Shown piece after piece: positions 1 to 9,495 of a DNA stretch of 64,000 nt. How positions within the stretch are numbered: position 1 is the first letter of the stretch; the number at the start of each line of letters is the position of its first letter. The DNA is taken from assembly GCA_031403195.1 (NCBI GenBank), contig JANNSZ010000077.1, positions 12,568-76,567 of the forward strand. Direction: 5' to 3'. The stretch is from Planctomycetota bacterium (GTDB taxonomy: Bacteria > Planctomycetota > Planctomycetia > Pirellulales > UBA1268). The notes beneath the pieces were generated by a model that was not told the DNA's origin, ran no database searches, and saw only the letters and a program-made list of their open reading frames with translations. A program made the position numbers and the translations under genes.

Positions 1-2
1 AT

Positions 3-1304
3 TTGTTCGGTCGTAGTCTTTGGAAGCAATCGATGGATCCTATGAACATGAGTTCCTCTGGCCCGGATTTCGATCGTCTCGAGCAGGTGTGCGCGGACCG
101 CGGTGCCGGAGCGATGTGTGACGAGCTAGCTGCATCCCTTGCGGCGCGGGGTCGCTGGCATGCTGTCTTCGATCTGCGGCTGGTGCAGGCGAGGCTGGCG
201 CTGGGCCTGCCTGCGACTGGCGGTGTCGACGGTCTCGATGAGAAGTTGCGAGAGCGACTCGACGAGATGTCGCTCGCTGCCTGCCGTGAAGTGGGCTGGC
301 CACTCTTGGAGGCAGGGCAGATAGCCGCTGCCTGGATGTATCTGCGGGCGGCTGTGCCGCCAGGTGAGGTGGCTACCAGGCTCGAGCCGCTTGCATTGCG
401 GGCACTCGCGTCGGCAACGGCTGGCGATATCGACGAAGAGTCGTCGCGGCTCGTCGAGGAGATCGTGGGTGTCGCACTCTGGGAGTCGGCCGATCCGGCC
501 CTCGGTATCAGGCTCATCCTCACAACACAGGGCACCTGCAACGCCATCACCGCCTACGAACAGGCGGTGTCTCGGCTGCCCGCATCGCGGCAAGCACGTG
601 CGGCAGCGCTTCTCGTAGAACACCTCCACGGCGAGCTTGTGCGTGCGCTCGTGGACGACCTGACTGCCCGCGGAATCGATACGGCGGCAGCATGTGGGGC
701 CAACCTGCCGCTGAGAGCGCTCCTCGAAGCGGCAGGTGGCATGATGGGCGACCCAGGCATCCACATCGACGTGTCACACCTTCAGTCGGTGCTTCGCATC
801 GCTCGGGTGTGCTCAGAAGAGGTCACGCTCTCCCGTTGCTTCGAGTTGGCTTTGTATGGATGTCGACTCCCGGCGGAAGTGACCTACCCTGGTGAACCAC
901 CGTTCGAGAACGTTGCTGAGGCGTCACAGCTCTTCTTCGGGGCGCAGGTCGGCCGCGACGTGGCCGCAGCGATTGCATTCTTTCGCCGTGCCGCTGCGAC
1001 CGCCGATCCCGACATCGCCGGTTCGCTCCCGCTCGACACGCTTGTCTTGCTACTGACACGTGTCGGACGCACAGCAGAAGCGATTCAAGCGGCCGTGGAT
1101 CGCCCCCGCGAGGGGAGTCCGCCGAGCACCCTCCAGGCGGCTGGCCTGCTGCCATCGCTGGTGGAGCTTGCCCGCAAGAGCGGTGCCTGGAACGTGCTCC
1201 TCGACGCCTGCCGGCGGCATGGCGACGAAGTCACCTTCGCCGCTGCCCTTGCTGCCCAAGCCGCGACCTCAGAACCACCAGAGAGGGCCGGGTCGGAATC
1301 CTAG
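3..1304 (+). CDS. hypothetical protein, no recognisable domain; ORF is open to the window edge
   Basis: 433-aa ORF from TTG at 3; first ATG at 33. It is the only long ORF here without Arg/Pro-rich shadow composition. The true start may lie upstream of the window. Confidence 0.5.
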   Translation: MFGRSLWKQSMDPMNMSSSGPDFDRLEQVCADRGAGAMCDELAASLAARGRWHAVFDLRLVQARLALGLPATGGVDGLDEKLRERLDEMSLAACREVGWPLLEAGQIAAAWMYLRAAVPPGEVATRLEPLALRALASATAGDIDEESSRLVEEIVGVALWESADPALGIRLILTTQGTCNAITAYEQAVSRLPASRQARAAALLVEHLHGELVRALVDDLTARGIDTAAACGANLPLRALLEAAGGMMGDPGIHIDVSHLQSVLRIARVCSEEVTLSRCFELALYGCRLPAEVTYPGEPPFENVAEASQLFFGAQVGRDVAAAIAFFRRAAATADPDIAGSLPLDTLVLLLTRVGRTAEAIQAAVDRPREGSPPSTLQAAGLLPSLVELARKSGAWNVLLDACRRHGDEVTFAAALAAQAATSEPPERAGSES

Positions 1305-1673
1305 GATGCTGCCCCGCTTGCAGGGGTGGCATGTCGTGTCGTCGCAGACGCCGATCGGCGGGCCGTATCCGAAATGGCTCGACGGAGTGAACCCGCGGCC
1401 TGGTGGTAACTGCCAGGGCGCGAGCATATCCGGGCCTTGCGCATGACCGTTGCAGTCAATCCGGCGGCCAGAGCAATCACACGGATCCCGCCAGGGAAGC
1501 TCTTCGGACACGGCGCCCCAATACCGGGGGCCACACCCTGACTCACCACATGGTGTTTCCATGCCGGCAGCTGTGTCACCACAGCGACCACAGGGGCCGC
1601 CGGCGAATGCCGCGGAGGTGACCACGAACCCTGACGCGAGGCCGAACACGGCAATGATGATCGTGCGCTTCAT
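1269..1673 (-). CDS. small secreted Cys-rich protein (hypothetical)
   Basis: ORF 1269..1700. The internal ATG at 1673 gives a signal-peptide-like N-terminus, MKRTIIIAVFGLASGFVVTSAAFAGG. The mature part has 10 Cys (GPCGRCG, CGESGCGPRYWG, DPCDCSG, TTCHPC). Confidence 0.45.
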   Translation of the reverse strand: MKRTIIIAVFGLASGFVVTSAAFAGGPCGRCGDTAAGMETPCGESGCGPRYWGAVSEELPWRDPCDCSGRRIDCNGHAQGPDMLAPWQLPPGRGFTPSSHFGYGPPIGVCDDTTCHPCKRGSILGFRPGPLWWF

Positions 1674-1771
1674 GCCTTCGGTATCGGTCGTGCGGGCCAT
1701 TTTCGGCAGCGATCGGCCTCACGAGGCCGCACGGCTTGCCTACTTTGCCGCGTCGAGCCAGTGGCGTACGG

Positions 1772-3250
1772 TCAGGCTCGGCCGAGGACCCGCTCGAAGA
1801 GACGAAAATACTCACGGGCGCTTGTGTCCCACGACCAGTCCTGCCGCATGACATGCCGGACAAGGCCATTCCACAGGTCGGCGTTCGCATGGGCGTCGAG
1901 AGCCCGCTCGACCGCGTGGAGCAGGCCGTTGGCATCGAACGACTCAAACACAAAACCACTCGCACGCCCCTCGCGGAGTGTCTCGTGGTTCGTGTCGACC
2001 ACGGTGTCGGCAAGGCCACCGGTAGCCCGCACTACCGGGATTGCCCCGTATCGCTGGGCATAGAGCTGTGTCAGCCCGCATGGTTCGTAGAGGCTTGGCA
2101 CGAGGACGATGTCGGCGGCGGCCTGGACGAGGTGGGAAAGACCCTCGTCAAAACCGATTACCACGTCGACGGCTCCAGGGAAGGCTGCAGCCGCGCGGCG
2201 CAGTGCCTCTTCGTACGCAGGATTGCCCGAGCCCAGCACGATGAACTGAGCGCGGCCGGTGCCAGCCAGTCGGCCGATGAGCTCGATGACGAGCTCCACA
2301 CCTTTCTGTGAAGCGAGCCGACTCACAAACGCGACCAGTGGCCGAGCAGTCGGTGCGGCATGGCCGAGCCGGGCCGCGAGGGCGACTCTCGCCGCATACT
2401 TGCCGTCGCCCACGTCATGCTCGCCGTAGTGCCGCGGGATGTGGTGATCGGTCGCCGAATTCCAGGCTGCCGTATCGATCCCATTGACGATTCCAGATAC
2501 CGCGCCACCGCGCGCGGCCAGCACACCAGCGAGTCCGCAGCCTCCCGGCTCGTGCTGAATCTCGCGGGCATATGTCGGGCTTACCGTGCTGATCGCATCA
2601 GCGAACACGATGCCGGTCTTCAAGAGGTTGAGCTGATGGTGAAACTCCATCTGCTGCCAGTTGAAGTATTTCCAGTCGAGGCCCGTCAGCAGCATGTCCC
2701 AGTGCCAGAAGAGGCCCTGGTAGGCCATGTTGTGGATCGTCAACACGGTGCGGGCAGCCCCAACCGCCGGCCAATCAGGGTAGAGGAGCTTTTGGTACGC
2801 GGGCACCAGGCCGGTCTGCCAGTCGTGGCAGTGGATGATGTCGAAGGCAGCCGACTGCCGGCCGGCGAATTCCATCGCGGCGCGTGAGAAGAAAATGAAC
2901 CGCTCGGAATTGTCGGCGAAGTCTTCTGAGCCGCCGTAGAGCGTGGGCCGGTCGAAGAAGTCATCATTCGCCACGAGCAGGACGTTCGCGGCCGACCCCG
3001 GAAGCTGGCACCGCAGAATCCGTGCGACCGGTCGGCGGGTGCCGATTGGCACCTCAAACTCGATGCCGGTCGACTCGATCGGCAGGCCCTTGGCCAGTGC
3101 CTCGCGGTGGGCCGGGATGATGAGCGTGACGTCGCAGCCGAGCCGCGCAAGCGCGTCGGGCAGGGCGCCTGCGACATCAGCAAGCCCCCCGGTCTTGGCG
3201 AAGGGGACGGCCTCGCTGGCCACCTCGAGCACACGCATGAAACCAAGCAT
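1772..3250 (-). CDS. glgA: glycogen synthase (ADP-glucose type)
   Basis: N-terminal [19 protein letters not shown] motif and typical length. A start at 3238 (MRVLEV...) is equally plausible. Confidence 0.9.
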   Translation of the reverse strand: MLGFMRVLEVASEAVPFAKTGGLADVAGALPDALARLGCDVTLIIPAHREALAKGLPIESTGIEFEVPIGTRRPVARILRCQLPGSAANVLLVANDDFFDRPTLYGGSEDFADNSERFIFFSRAAMEFAGRQSAAFDIIHCHDWQTGLVPAYQKLLYPDWPAVGAARTVLTIHNMAYQGLFWHWDMLLTGLDWKYFNWQQMEFHHQLNLLKTGIVFADAISTVSPTYAREIQHEPGGCGLAGVLAARGGAVSGIVNGIDTAAWNSATDHHIPRHYGEHDVGDGKYAARVALAARLGHAAPTARPLVAFVSRLASQKGVELVIELIGRLAGTGRAQFIVLGSGNPAYEEALRRAAAAFPGAVDVVIGFDEGLSHLVQAAADIVLVPSLYEPCGLTQLYAQRYGAIPVVRATGGLADTVVDTNHETLREGRASGFVFESFDANGLLHAVERALDAHANADLWNGLVRHVMRQDWSWDTSAREYFRLFERVLGRA

Positions 3251-3292
3251 CCTTTCGGCCGATCGGAACTGCGCCCTACTATACGTCGCGGT

Positions 3293-4849
3293 TCAGGGCC
3301 GGGACGGCGTGGGGTGGTCCTCGGGCATGCTGCGGTTGGCCGCCACGAGCCCGTCATACACGGCCTTCATGGCTGTGACGCGGTCGGGGTGTGCGTGGGC
3401 CAGATTTTTCTGCTCGCCAAGATCGGTTGCGAGATCGTAGAGCGCGTGGGGAGAATTATCCGGGTCGGCCTTCGACCAGTTCCCAGCGCCCGATCCGAGA
3501 ATGAGCTTCCACCGGCCGTCGCGGATGGCCGCTACGCCGCTCATCGAGTGGCTCACCGCGTGCTGCCGCACGGGGGCAGCGCCTCCTCGTAAGAGCGGCA
3601 TGAGGCTCACGCTGTCTTCACCCGCGTCGTCAGCAAGCTTCGCGCCGAGCGCATCGGCGATCGTTCCCATCAGATCGGCCTGGTGAACGAGGGCGTCGCA
3701 GGTGCTCCCCGCTTTCGTGACGCCTGGATACCGAACGATGAAGGCGACTCGGTGGCCCCCTTCCCAGGCATCGCCTTTGTAGCCACGCAGCGGACCGCTC
3801 GGAAAATGTCCACGCGATTCAAGATCTTTTGCGCCCACGTACGGGGCAAAACCGTTGTCGCTCGTGAACACGACGAGCGTGTTGTCGGCAATGCCGGCGC
3901 GATTCACCGCAGCCAACACGTCGCCCACGACGGCGTCGGTCTCCATGACGAGGTCGGCGCAGGCGTTGTCGAGACCGCTGGCACCGTGCCAGGGCTCGTT
4001 GACCGCCAGCGGCGTGTGCGGCGAGGTGAGCGGGAGGTAGAGCAGGAATGGTTGCTTCTCGTCGGCCGACTTCTCGATGAAGCTGACTGCGCGGTCCCGC
4101 AAGGCTGGCAGGATGTCCTCGAGCCGCCAGCCTTCGAGGGCCGGCCCTTGGTTGCTGGCTCGGTTGTTCTGGAAGTCATCGAGCGGTAGAAGCGTCGTAG
4201 GGATGCCGACGGTGCGGTCGTTGTTGATGAAGCAGAAGGGAGGCCAGTTGGGGACATCAGTACCAAAGTACGAATCAAAACCGCGAGCGGTCGGGCCGCC
4301 GCCAATCGGCTGCGAGAACGTCCGCTGCCAGGCGGCGCGATGCGCATGGGTCACGGTCTCTGGCCCGGGGCGTGGTGCTCTCTTGGTGCCGCCTCGCGCC
4401 AGAAGAGGCTTGTCGTCAGGAGCGATGGGCCAGTCCCAGCCGAGGTGCCACTTGCCGATGGTCGCGGTGCGATAGCCGTGGGCTTTGGCGAGGCCGCCGA
4501 TCGTGAGCCGGTCGGGCTCGATGAGCGGCGGTTCCCAGAGGCCGACGATGCCTTTTTTGAGCCGCGTCCGCCAGTGATAGCGGCCGGTGAGAAGCGTGTA
4601 GCGAGACGGCGAGCAGACGCCCGATGACGAATGGCCGTCGGTAAATCGCATGCCCTCAGCGGCGAGCCGGTCGATGTGGGGCGTCGGAATCTTGCCCCGG
4701 TCCGGGTTGTAGCACTGCACGTCGCCATACCCGAGGTCGTCGGCATAGATAACGAGGATGTTTGGCCGCTCGGCCGCCCGCAAGGCTCCTTGCATGACGT
4801 ACGCCAGGGCACCAACAAGAGCGACACGGACGACGGCCGGGCAACGCAT
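3293..4849 (-). CDS. arylsulfatase-family sulfatase, secreted
   Basis: Signal peptide, a DDLGYGD metal site, and a CSPSR formylglycine motif (SSGVCSPSRYTLLTGRY). Confidence 0.9.
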   Translation of the reverse strand: MRCPAVVRVALVGALAYVMQGALRAAERPNILVIYADDLGYGDVQCYNPDRGKIPTPHIDRLAAEGMRFTDGHSSSGVCSPSRYTLLTGRYHWRTRLKKGIVGLWEPPLIEPDRLTIGGLAKAHGYRTATIGKWHLGWDWPIAPDDKPLLARGGTKRAPRPGPETVTHAHRAAWQRTFSQPIGGGPTARGFDSYFGTDVPNWPPFCFINNDRTVGIPTTLLPLDDFQNNRASNQGPALEGWRLEDILPALRDRAVSFIEKSADEKQPFLLYLPLTSPHTPLAVNEPWHGASGLDNACADLVMETDAVVGDVLAAVNRAGIADNTLVVFTSDNGFAPYVGAKDLESRGHFPSGPLRGYKGDAWEGGHRVAFIVRYPGVTKAGSTCDALVHQADLMGTIADALGAKLADDAGEDSVSLMPLLRGGAAPVRQHAVSHSMSGVAAIRDGRWKLILGSGAGNWSKADPDNSPHALYDLATDLGEQKNLAHAHPDRVTAMKAVYDGLVAANRSMPEDHPTPSRP

Positions 4850-5017
4850 CAGAAATCTCCCGCAGGCGACGGTGAGCCAAGATTCACGTGTTGTAATCCG
4901 TGGCCGATCGTCCCGCTGTGGGGATGGCTAATTTTCTGGAAGAATCACGCACCTGACGGCTCAGGCTCGGTACGATGGTGCCAGCTTCAAGTTTGTGACT
5001 CGATCACCACGTGCTGC

Positions 5018-5665
5018 ATGAGCCCGCTCGTCAATCCTGCTGCCCTCTTTCGATTCCGGCTGCCATGCCAGCGGCGGGAAAAACTCTGGCCACCTGCGGC
5101 CTGGGGGATCGACGAGGGCTGTCGGCTGCCGTCACTGGCGAGCCTCGCCGGGGTGCCGGAGGTACTCGAACTCTTCACTGCGTGGAACGACGATGGGCTT
5201 GCCGTTCGCGGCGTGGCCCGGGGCGTGGGGAGCCAGCGGTGGTGCCATCCCACGAAGCCCGAGGACAGTGACGGGCTTCATCTGTGGATCGCCACACGGC
5301 CCACCGGCGAGAGTCACCGAGCGGGTCGGTTCTGCCGACGCCTCGCGATCCTTCCGACAGGTGGTGGCCTGCGAGCCGACAAGCCGGTGATCGTGCCGGC
5401 GGTGATCCCACGCACCAGCGAGATGCCCCCAGAGATGCCAGAAGGATCCACCAAGATCGAATCAAAGCTCGCTGCCGATAGTTGGCAGGTAGATGCTTTT
5501 GTTGCCGCCGCGGCGCTCCCGGGCTGGGAGCCCGCCGAGATTTCGCGGCTCGGTTTCTTTGCTGCCCTCGTTGATCGAAGGCTCGGGCAGGTGCCCTGCT
5601 ACGCGCCGCCAGAGTATCCATGGGAGAGCGACCCAACCACCTGGGCCGAGCTCGAGCTGGTGTAG
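5018..5665 (+). CDS. hypothetical protein
   Basis: ORF 4631..5665 overlaps the sulfatase gene for its first 219 nt. The in-frame ATG at 5018 (MSPLVNPAALFRF...) is the first start clear of the sulfatase. No domain recognised. Confidence 0.45.
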   Translation: MSPLVNPAALFRFRLPCQRREKLWPPAAWGIDEGCRLPSLASLAGVPEVLELFTAWNDDGLAVRGVARGVGSQRWCHPTKPEDSDGLHLWIATRPTGESHRAGRFCRRLAILPTGGGLRADKPVIVPAVIPRTSEMPPEMPEGSTKIESKLAADSWQVDAFVAAAALPGWEPAEISRLGFFAALVDRRLGQVPCYAPPEYPWESDPTTWAELELV

Positions 5666-5848
5666 GACATGCGATTGTTCGGGCTCCTGGGCCGTCGGAC
5701 GTAGAGAGAGGTTGCCCGTGTCATGGAGCCGGCGTGGAAAACCGGGCGGAGCCAGGATGGCGAAGCTCGGTTTTCGTCGAGTGAGCGGTGGCCACGATGG
5801 CCACCGTGAACGTCCGGCAACATGGCACGGGCAACCCCTCGCGGATGT

Positions 5849-7972
5849 TCAAGGCTCGTCGTGAAGCCGTTCGATCTCGACGGTGGCGGGCGGGAGGCTT
5901 TCGAGGAAGACGCGGCCGTAGGGTTTGGTGAGCATCCGTGGGTCGAGGATGACAACGGTGCCGGTGTCGTTGGCCGTGCGGATGAGACGCCCAAAACCCT
6001 GTTTGAGTTTGATGACGGCTTCGGGCACTTGATACTCGAGAAACGCATTCCCACCGGCCTTCGTGATGGCCTCGATCCGCGCGGCGGTGAGCGGGCGATC
6101 GGGAACGGCAAAGGGCAGCCGCGTGATGATCACCGTCACAAGCTGGTCACCCGGCAGGTCGATCCCCTGCCAAAAGCCGTCGGTGCCCAAGAGCACGCTG
6201 TGTGGTCCCTCGCGAAATGCCTCGAGCATCCGCGAACGTGGCAGGCCGTCGGCCTGGCTCACGAGTCGAAACTTGTTGCGGACGCACCAGCCGGCCAACT
6301 CCGCCGACGCTTTTGCCAATGCCTGGTGGCTCGTGAAGAGCACCATCGCGCGGCCACCGCTCTGGGCGACGTAGCGACGAATCATTTTCACGACGGCCCC
6401 ATCAAAGTCATCTCGCTGGGACGGGTCGGGCAGTCGATCGACGAGTACGAGCCTCGCCTGCCGCTGGTAATCAAACGGGCTTCCCAGCCGGGTCGCGAGG
6501 GCGGTGGCGGGCACGCCGAGCCGGTCGCGGACAAACGCAAACGCATCGGAAGCCGTCGGAACGTCGTCATCGTCGCGGCGTTGCGTCGTGGCGGGCTCGA
6601 CGGCGAGTGTCGCACTTGCGAGCACAACCGTGCTGACGCGCCCAAAGAGCTCCTCCGAAAGCACTCGGCCGACATCGACCGGTGCACTCGAGAGCGTCGT
6701 TCGCTCACGGCCGCGGCGGCCACGCTGACTCTCGACCCACCACACATACCCGGCGATCTTCTGGCCAAGCCAGGTTTCAATTGCAGCCGAGTGCGTATCG
6801 AGCCGGTCGGCCAGCGACACAAGGTCATGTCGTTCGGCGGGGTCGGTGATCCCACTGGCCGCTCCGCGGAGCCGTCGTGCCAGGTCCGACAGCGGGCCGC
6901 CGAGTGTGTTTGGGACGAGGTCACAACCGGTGACTCGCTTGGGGCCTTCGGTTCGTGCGTGGCAGGCCTCGCGTACCTGAGCAAAAAACTCATCGGCTGA
7001 CTTCCGGCACTGCCGCACGAGTGGCTCGAGGTCGTCGAGTCCGTAGTGCCCGAGAAGGCCGCGACCAGTCTTCTCATTCGCCAGCCTCGAGAACACCCGA
7101 TCGATGCCGCCGCTGGCGATCCGAACGCCGAGATGGTCGCCGGCGACGGCTTCAAGCGAGTGGGCCTCGTCGAAGATGACGATCTCGTGCGGTGGCAGGA
7201 GGCTTGCGCCGGCCCGACGCATGGCGAGGTCAGAGAAATACAGAGCGTGATTGACGACGAGCACCTGCGCGTGCTGCATGCGGCGCCTCGCGGCGTAGTA
7301 AAAACAGTGCCCATGGGTCGGACACGCTCGACCCATGCAGTTGCCCGAGTCGCTTTTCACCTCGTCCCACACGGTGTCGGTGGGCAGCGAGGAAAGATCG
7401 GAGAGCGTCCCATCGCCCGTATGTGTGGCCCAGGATGCAATCGCGACGAGCTCAGCCCGCGCGGCGTCGTCTTCAAAAAGACTCCCAGAGCGCTCGAGCG
7501 CCAGCCGCAGCCGTCGTATGCTCAGGTAATTGCCGCGGCCTTTGACGAGCACCGCTGAGAACTCGCGCGGCATGATGGCGGCCACGAGCGGGATATCTTT
7601 GTCGATAAGCTGCTCCTGGAGTGCAATCGTGTGCGTCGAGATGACGACGCGGCGCGGTCTGGGTGTAGGTGCGGCCGCCGTTGCCGGATCGTCGTCGTCC
7701 CAATCGGCGTCGGGGTCGGCAGGCGAACCACGGACCGTTCCCACCACGCGAACAGGCTCGACCTGATCGGCTGTCACAGCCAGCACCGCCGGCACGAGAT
7801 ACGCAAGGCTCTTGCCGGTGCCTGTGCCTGCCTCGACAACCGCGTGTCGCCGCCCGCGGATCGCCTCATCCACAAGCCGAGCCATCTCGAGCTGCTGCGG
7901 GCGTGACTCCCAGCCGGCGAGCCTGGCCGCGAGTCGGCCCTCGGGCCCCAGCAGGTCATCGGGAGTCGTCAT
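5849..7972 (-). CDS. dinG: ATP-dependent DinG/XPD-type FeS helicase
   Basis: Walker A VEAGTGTGKS, DEAH box IFDEAHSLE, Cys cluster CMGRACPTHGHC, and C-terminal helicase region LLGTDGFWQGIDLPGD. The ORF extends to 8065, but that start would leave 3 bp to divergent argH, so the ATG at 7972 is preferred. Confidence 0.85.
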   Translation of the reverse strand: MTTPDDLLGPEGRLAARLAGWESRPQQLEMARLVDEAIRGRRHAVVEAGTGTGKSLAYLVPAVLAVTADQVEPVRVVGTVRGSPADPDADWDDDDPATAAAPTPRPRRVVISTHTIALQEQLIDKDIPLVAAIMPREFSAVLVKGRGNYLSIRRLRLALERSGSLFEDDAARAELVAIASWATHTGDGTLSDLSSLPTDTVWDEVKSDSGNCMGRACPTHGHCFYYAARRRMQHAQVLVVNHALYFSDLAMRRAGASLLPPHEIVIFDEAHSLEAVAGDHLGVRIASGGIDRVFSRLANEKTGRGLLGHYGLDDLEPLVRQCRKSADEFFAQVREACHARTEGPKRVTGCDLVPNTLGGPLSDLARRLRGAASGITDPAERHDLVSLADRLDTHSAAIETWLGQKIAGYVWWVESQRGRRGRERTTLSSAPVDVGRVLSEELFGRVSTVVLASATLAVEPATTQRRDDDDVPTASDAFAFVRDRLGVPATALATRLGSPFDYQRQARLVLVDRLPDPSQRDDFDGAVVKMIRRYVAQSGGRAMVLFTSHQALAKASAELAGWCVRNKFRLVSQADGLPRSRMLEAFREGPHSVLLGTDGFWQGIDLPGDQLVTVIITRLPFAVPDRPLTAARIEAITKAGGNAFLEYQVPEAVIKLKQGFGRLIRTANDTGTVVILDPRMLTKPYGRVFLESLPPATVEIERLHDEP

Positions 7973-8068
7973 CGCGGTGAGTGTAGCGGAGGCCCGTGGG
8001 TGGATTCCCGCAAAGCGCGATGCAAAGTAGTCTTGCTGCATCTGATCGTTCCTGAGGAGAAGCAAACC

Positions 8069-9472
8069 ATGCCCCAGTCCACGCCATCACCAAAAGCCTG
8101 GGGCGGGGTGTTTCGGGAGCCGACCGACGCCCGCGTCGAGGCTTTTACGGAGAGCGTTTCGTTTGACCGGCGGCTGGCCGATGACGATATCGACGGCTCG
8201 ATCGCCCACGCCCGGATGCTTGCGTCGGTTGGGCTGATGACGGTGCACGAGGCCGATGCGGTCGCCCAGGGGCTCTCGGAGATCCGAGATGAGATTCACG
8301 CCGGCCGATTCGAGTTTTCGGTATCGAAGGAAGATATCCATCTGCATATTGAGGCAGCGCTCACGGCGAGGCTCGGTGACACAGGCCGCAAGCTCCATAC
8401 CGCGCGAAGCCGCAACGACCAGGTGGCGACCGACATGCGGCTCTACTGTCGGCGTGCCATCGATCGGCTCGATGCCGGCCTCGCCGAGCTTCAGCGAGCG
8501 TTCCTCGGGATGGCCGAGCGAGAGCAGGATCTCGTCATCCCGGCCTATACTCACCTGCGGCCGGCCCAGCCTGTGCTTGCCGCCCATCAGCTGCTTTCGT
8601 GGTGTGAGAAGTTTGAGCGGGATCGCGATCGGCTGGCCGACTGCCGGCGTCGAACCAATATTCTCCCACTTGGCTCCGGGGCGGTGGCCGGCACGAGCTT
8701 GCCAATCGACCGCGAGCATGTCCGTGAGGCGCTTGGTTTTGAGACGGTTGCCACGAACAGCCTCGACGCTGCGAGCGATCGTGATTTTGTGTGCGAGCTT
8801 GCCTTTGTGGTGGCGCTCACCGGCATCCATCTCTCCCAGTGGGCCGAGGAGTGGGTGATTTACAGCACACACGAATTCGGATTCCTCAGCTTGCCCGAAG
8901 GGTTTTGCACCGGCAGCTCGATCATGCCGCAGAAAATCAACCCAGACGTACTCGAGCTCGTGCGTGGCAAGTCGGCGAGGCTCGTCGGCAATCTTCAGGG
9001 CCTTCTTGTGCTCTTGAAGGGGCTTCCGACGGCATACAATCGAGACCTCCAAGAAGACAAGGAACGAATCTTCGATTCGATCGACACGCTCGAGGCGGTG
9101 CTGAGCGTGGCTCCGCCACTCGTCGCCGGCACTCGGTTTAACCGAAATCGGATTGCCGCCACGACTCACCACGGCCATCTCGACGCGACGAGCCTCATGG
9201 AAGGCCTGATCGTCCAGGGGGTGCCTCAGCGGACCGCCCACGAGATCGTAGGGCACCTCGTCCGGCGGGCCATGACCCGTGGCGTGTCCCTGGCAGAACT
9301 TTCCGACGAGGAAATCTCTCGCGAATATGCCGGCTGGAATACCGCGCTGCGCGGGGCACTGGGCGCCTCTCGGGCAGTTGAGCGGATGCAAAGCTTCGGC
9401 TCGACCGCCCCGGCGTCTGTGGCCGACCAGATTGCAAGGTGGCGGCGACGGCTTGACGGCGCCGCGTCTTGA
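8069..9472 (+). CDS. argH: argininosuccinate lyase
   Basis: Fumarate-lyase signature GSSIMPQKINPDVLE and N-terminus MPQSTPSPKAWGGVF. The ATG at 8069 is chosen over the upstream extension from 8000. Confidence 0.95.
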   Translation: MPQSTPSPKAWGGVFREPTDARVEAFTESVSFDRRLADDDIDGSIAHARMLASVGLMTVHEADAVAQGLSEIRDEIHAGRFEFSVSKEDIHLHIEAALTARLGDTGRKLHTARSRNDQVATDMRLYCRRAIDRLDAGLAELQRAFLGMAEREQDLVIPAYTHLRPAQPVLAAHQLLSWCEKFERDRDRLADCRRRTNILPLGSGAVAGTSLPIDREHVREALGFETVATNSLDAASDRDFVCELAFVVALTGIHLSQWAEEWVIYSTHEFGFLSLPEGFCTGSSIMPQKINPDVLELVRGKSARLVGNLQGLLVLLKGLPTAYNRDLQEDKERIFDSIDTLEAVLSVAPPLVAGTRFNRNRIAATTHHGHLDATSLMEGLIVQGVPQRTAHEIVGHLVRRAMTRGVSLAELSDEEISREYAGWNTALRGALGASRAVERMQSFGSTAPASVADQIARWRRRLDGAAS

Positions 9473-9495
9473 CGCTTTGGTCCGCGGACGACGCA

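Noticed and set aside
5786-5806. Hairpin CGGTGGCC-ACGAT-GGCCACCG between the convergent 5018..5665 gene and dinG
   Set aside because: It has an 8-bp GC-rich stem but no U-tract on either strand. It may act as a terminator in this high-GC organism, but that cannot be supported from sequence alone.
5822-7000. 392-aa plus-strand ORF opposite the DinG-like helicase, with similar antisense ORFs at 11369..12304, 19189..20535, 31773..32969, 37902..38783 and 43775..44872
   Set aside because: All lie antisense to genes with recognisable domains and have shadow-ORF composition.
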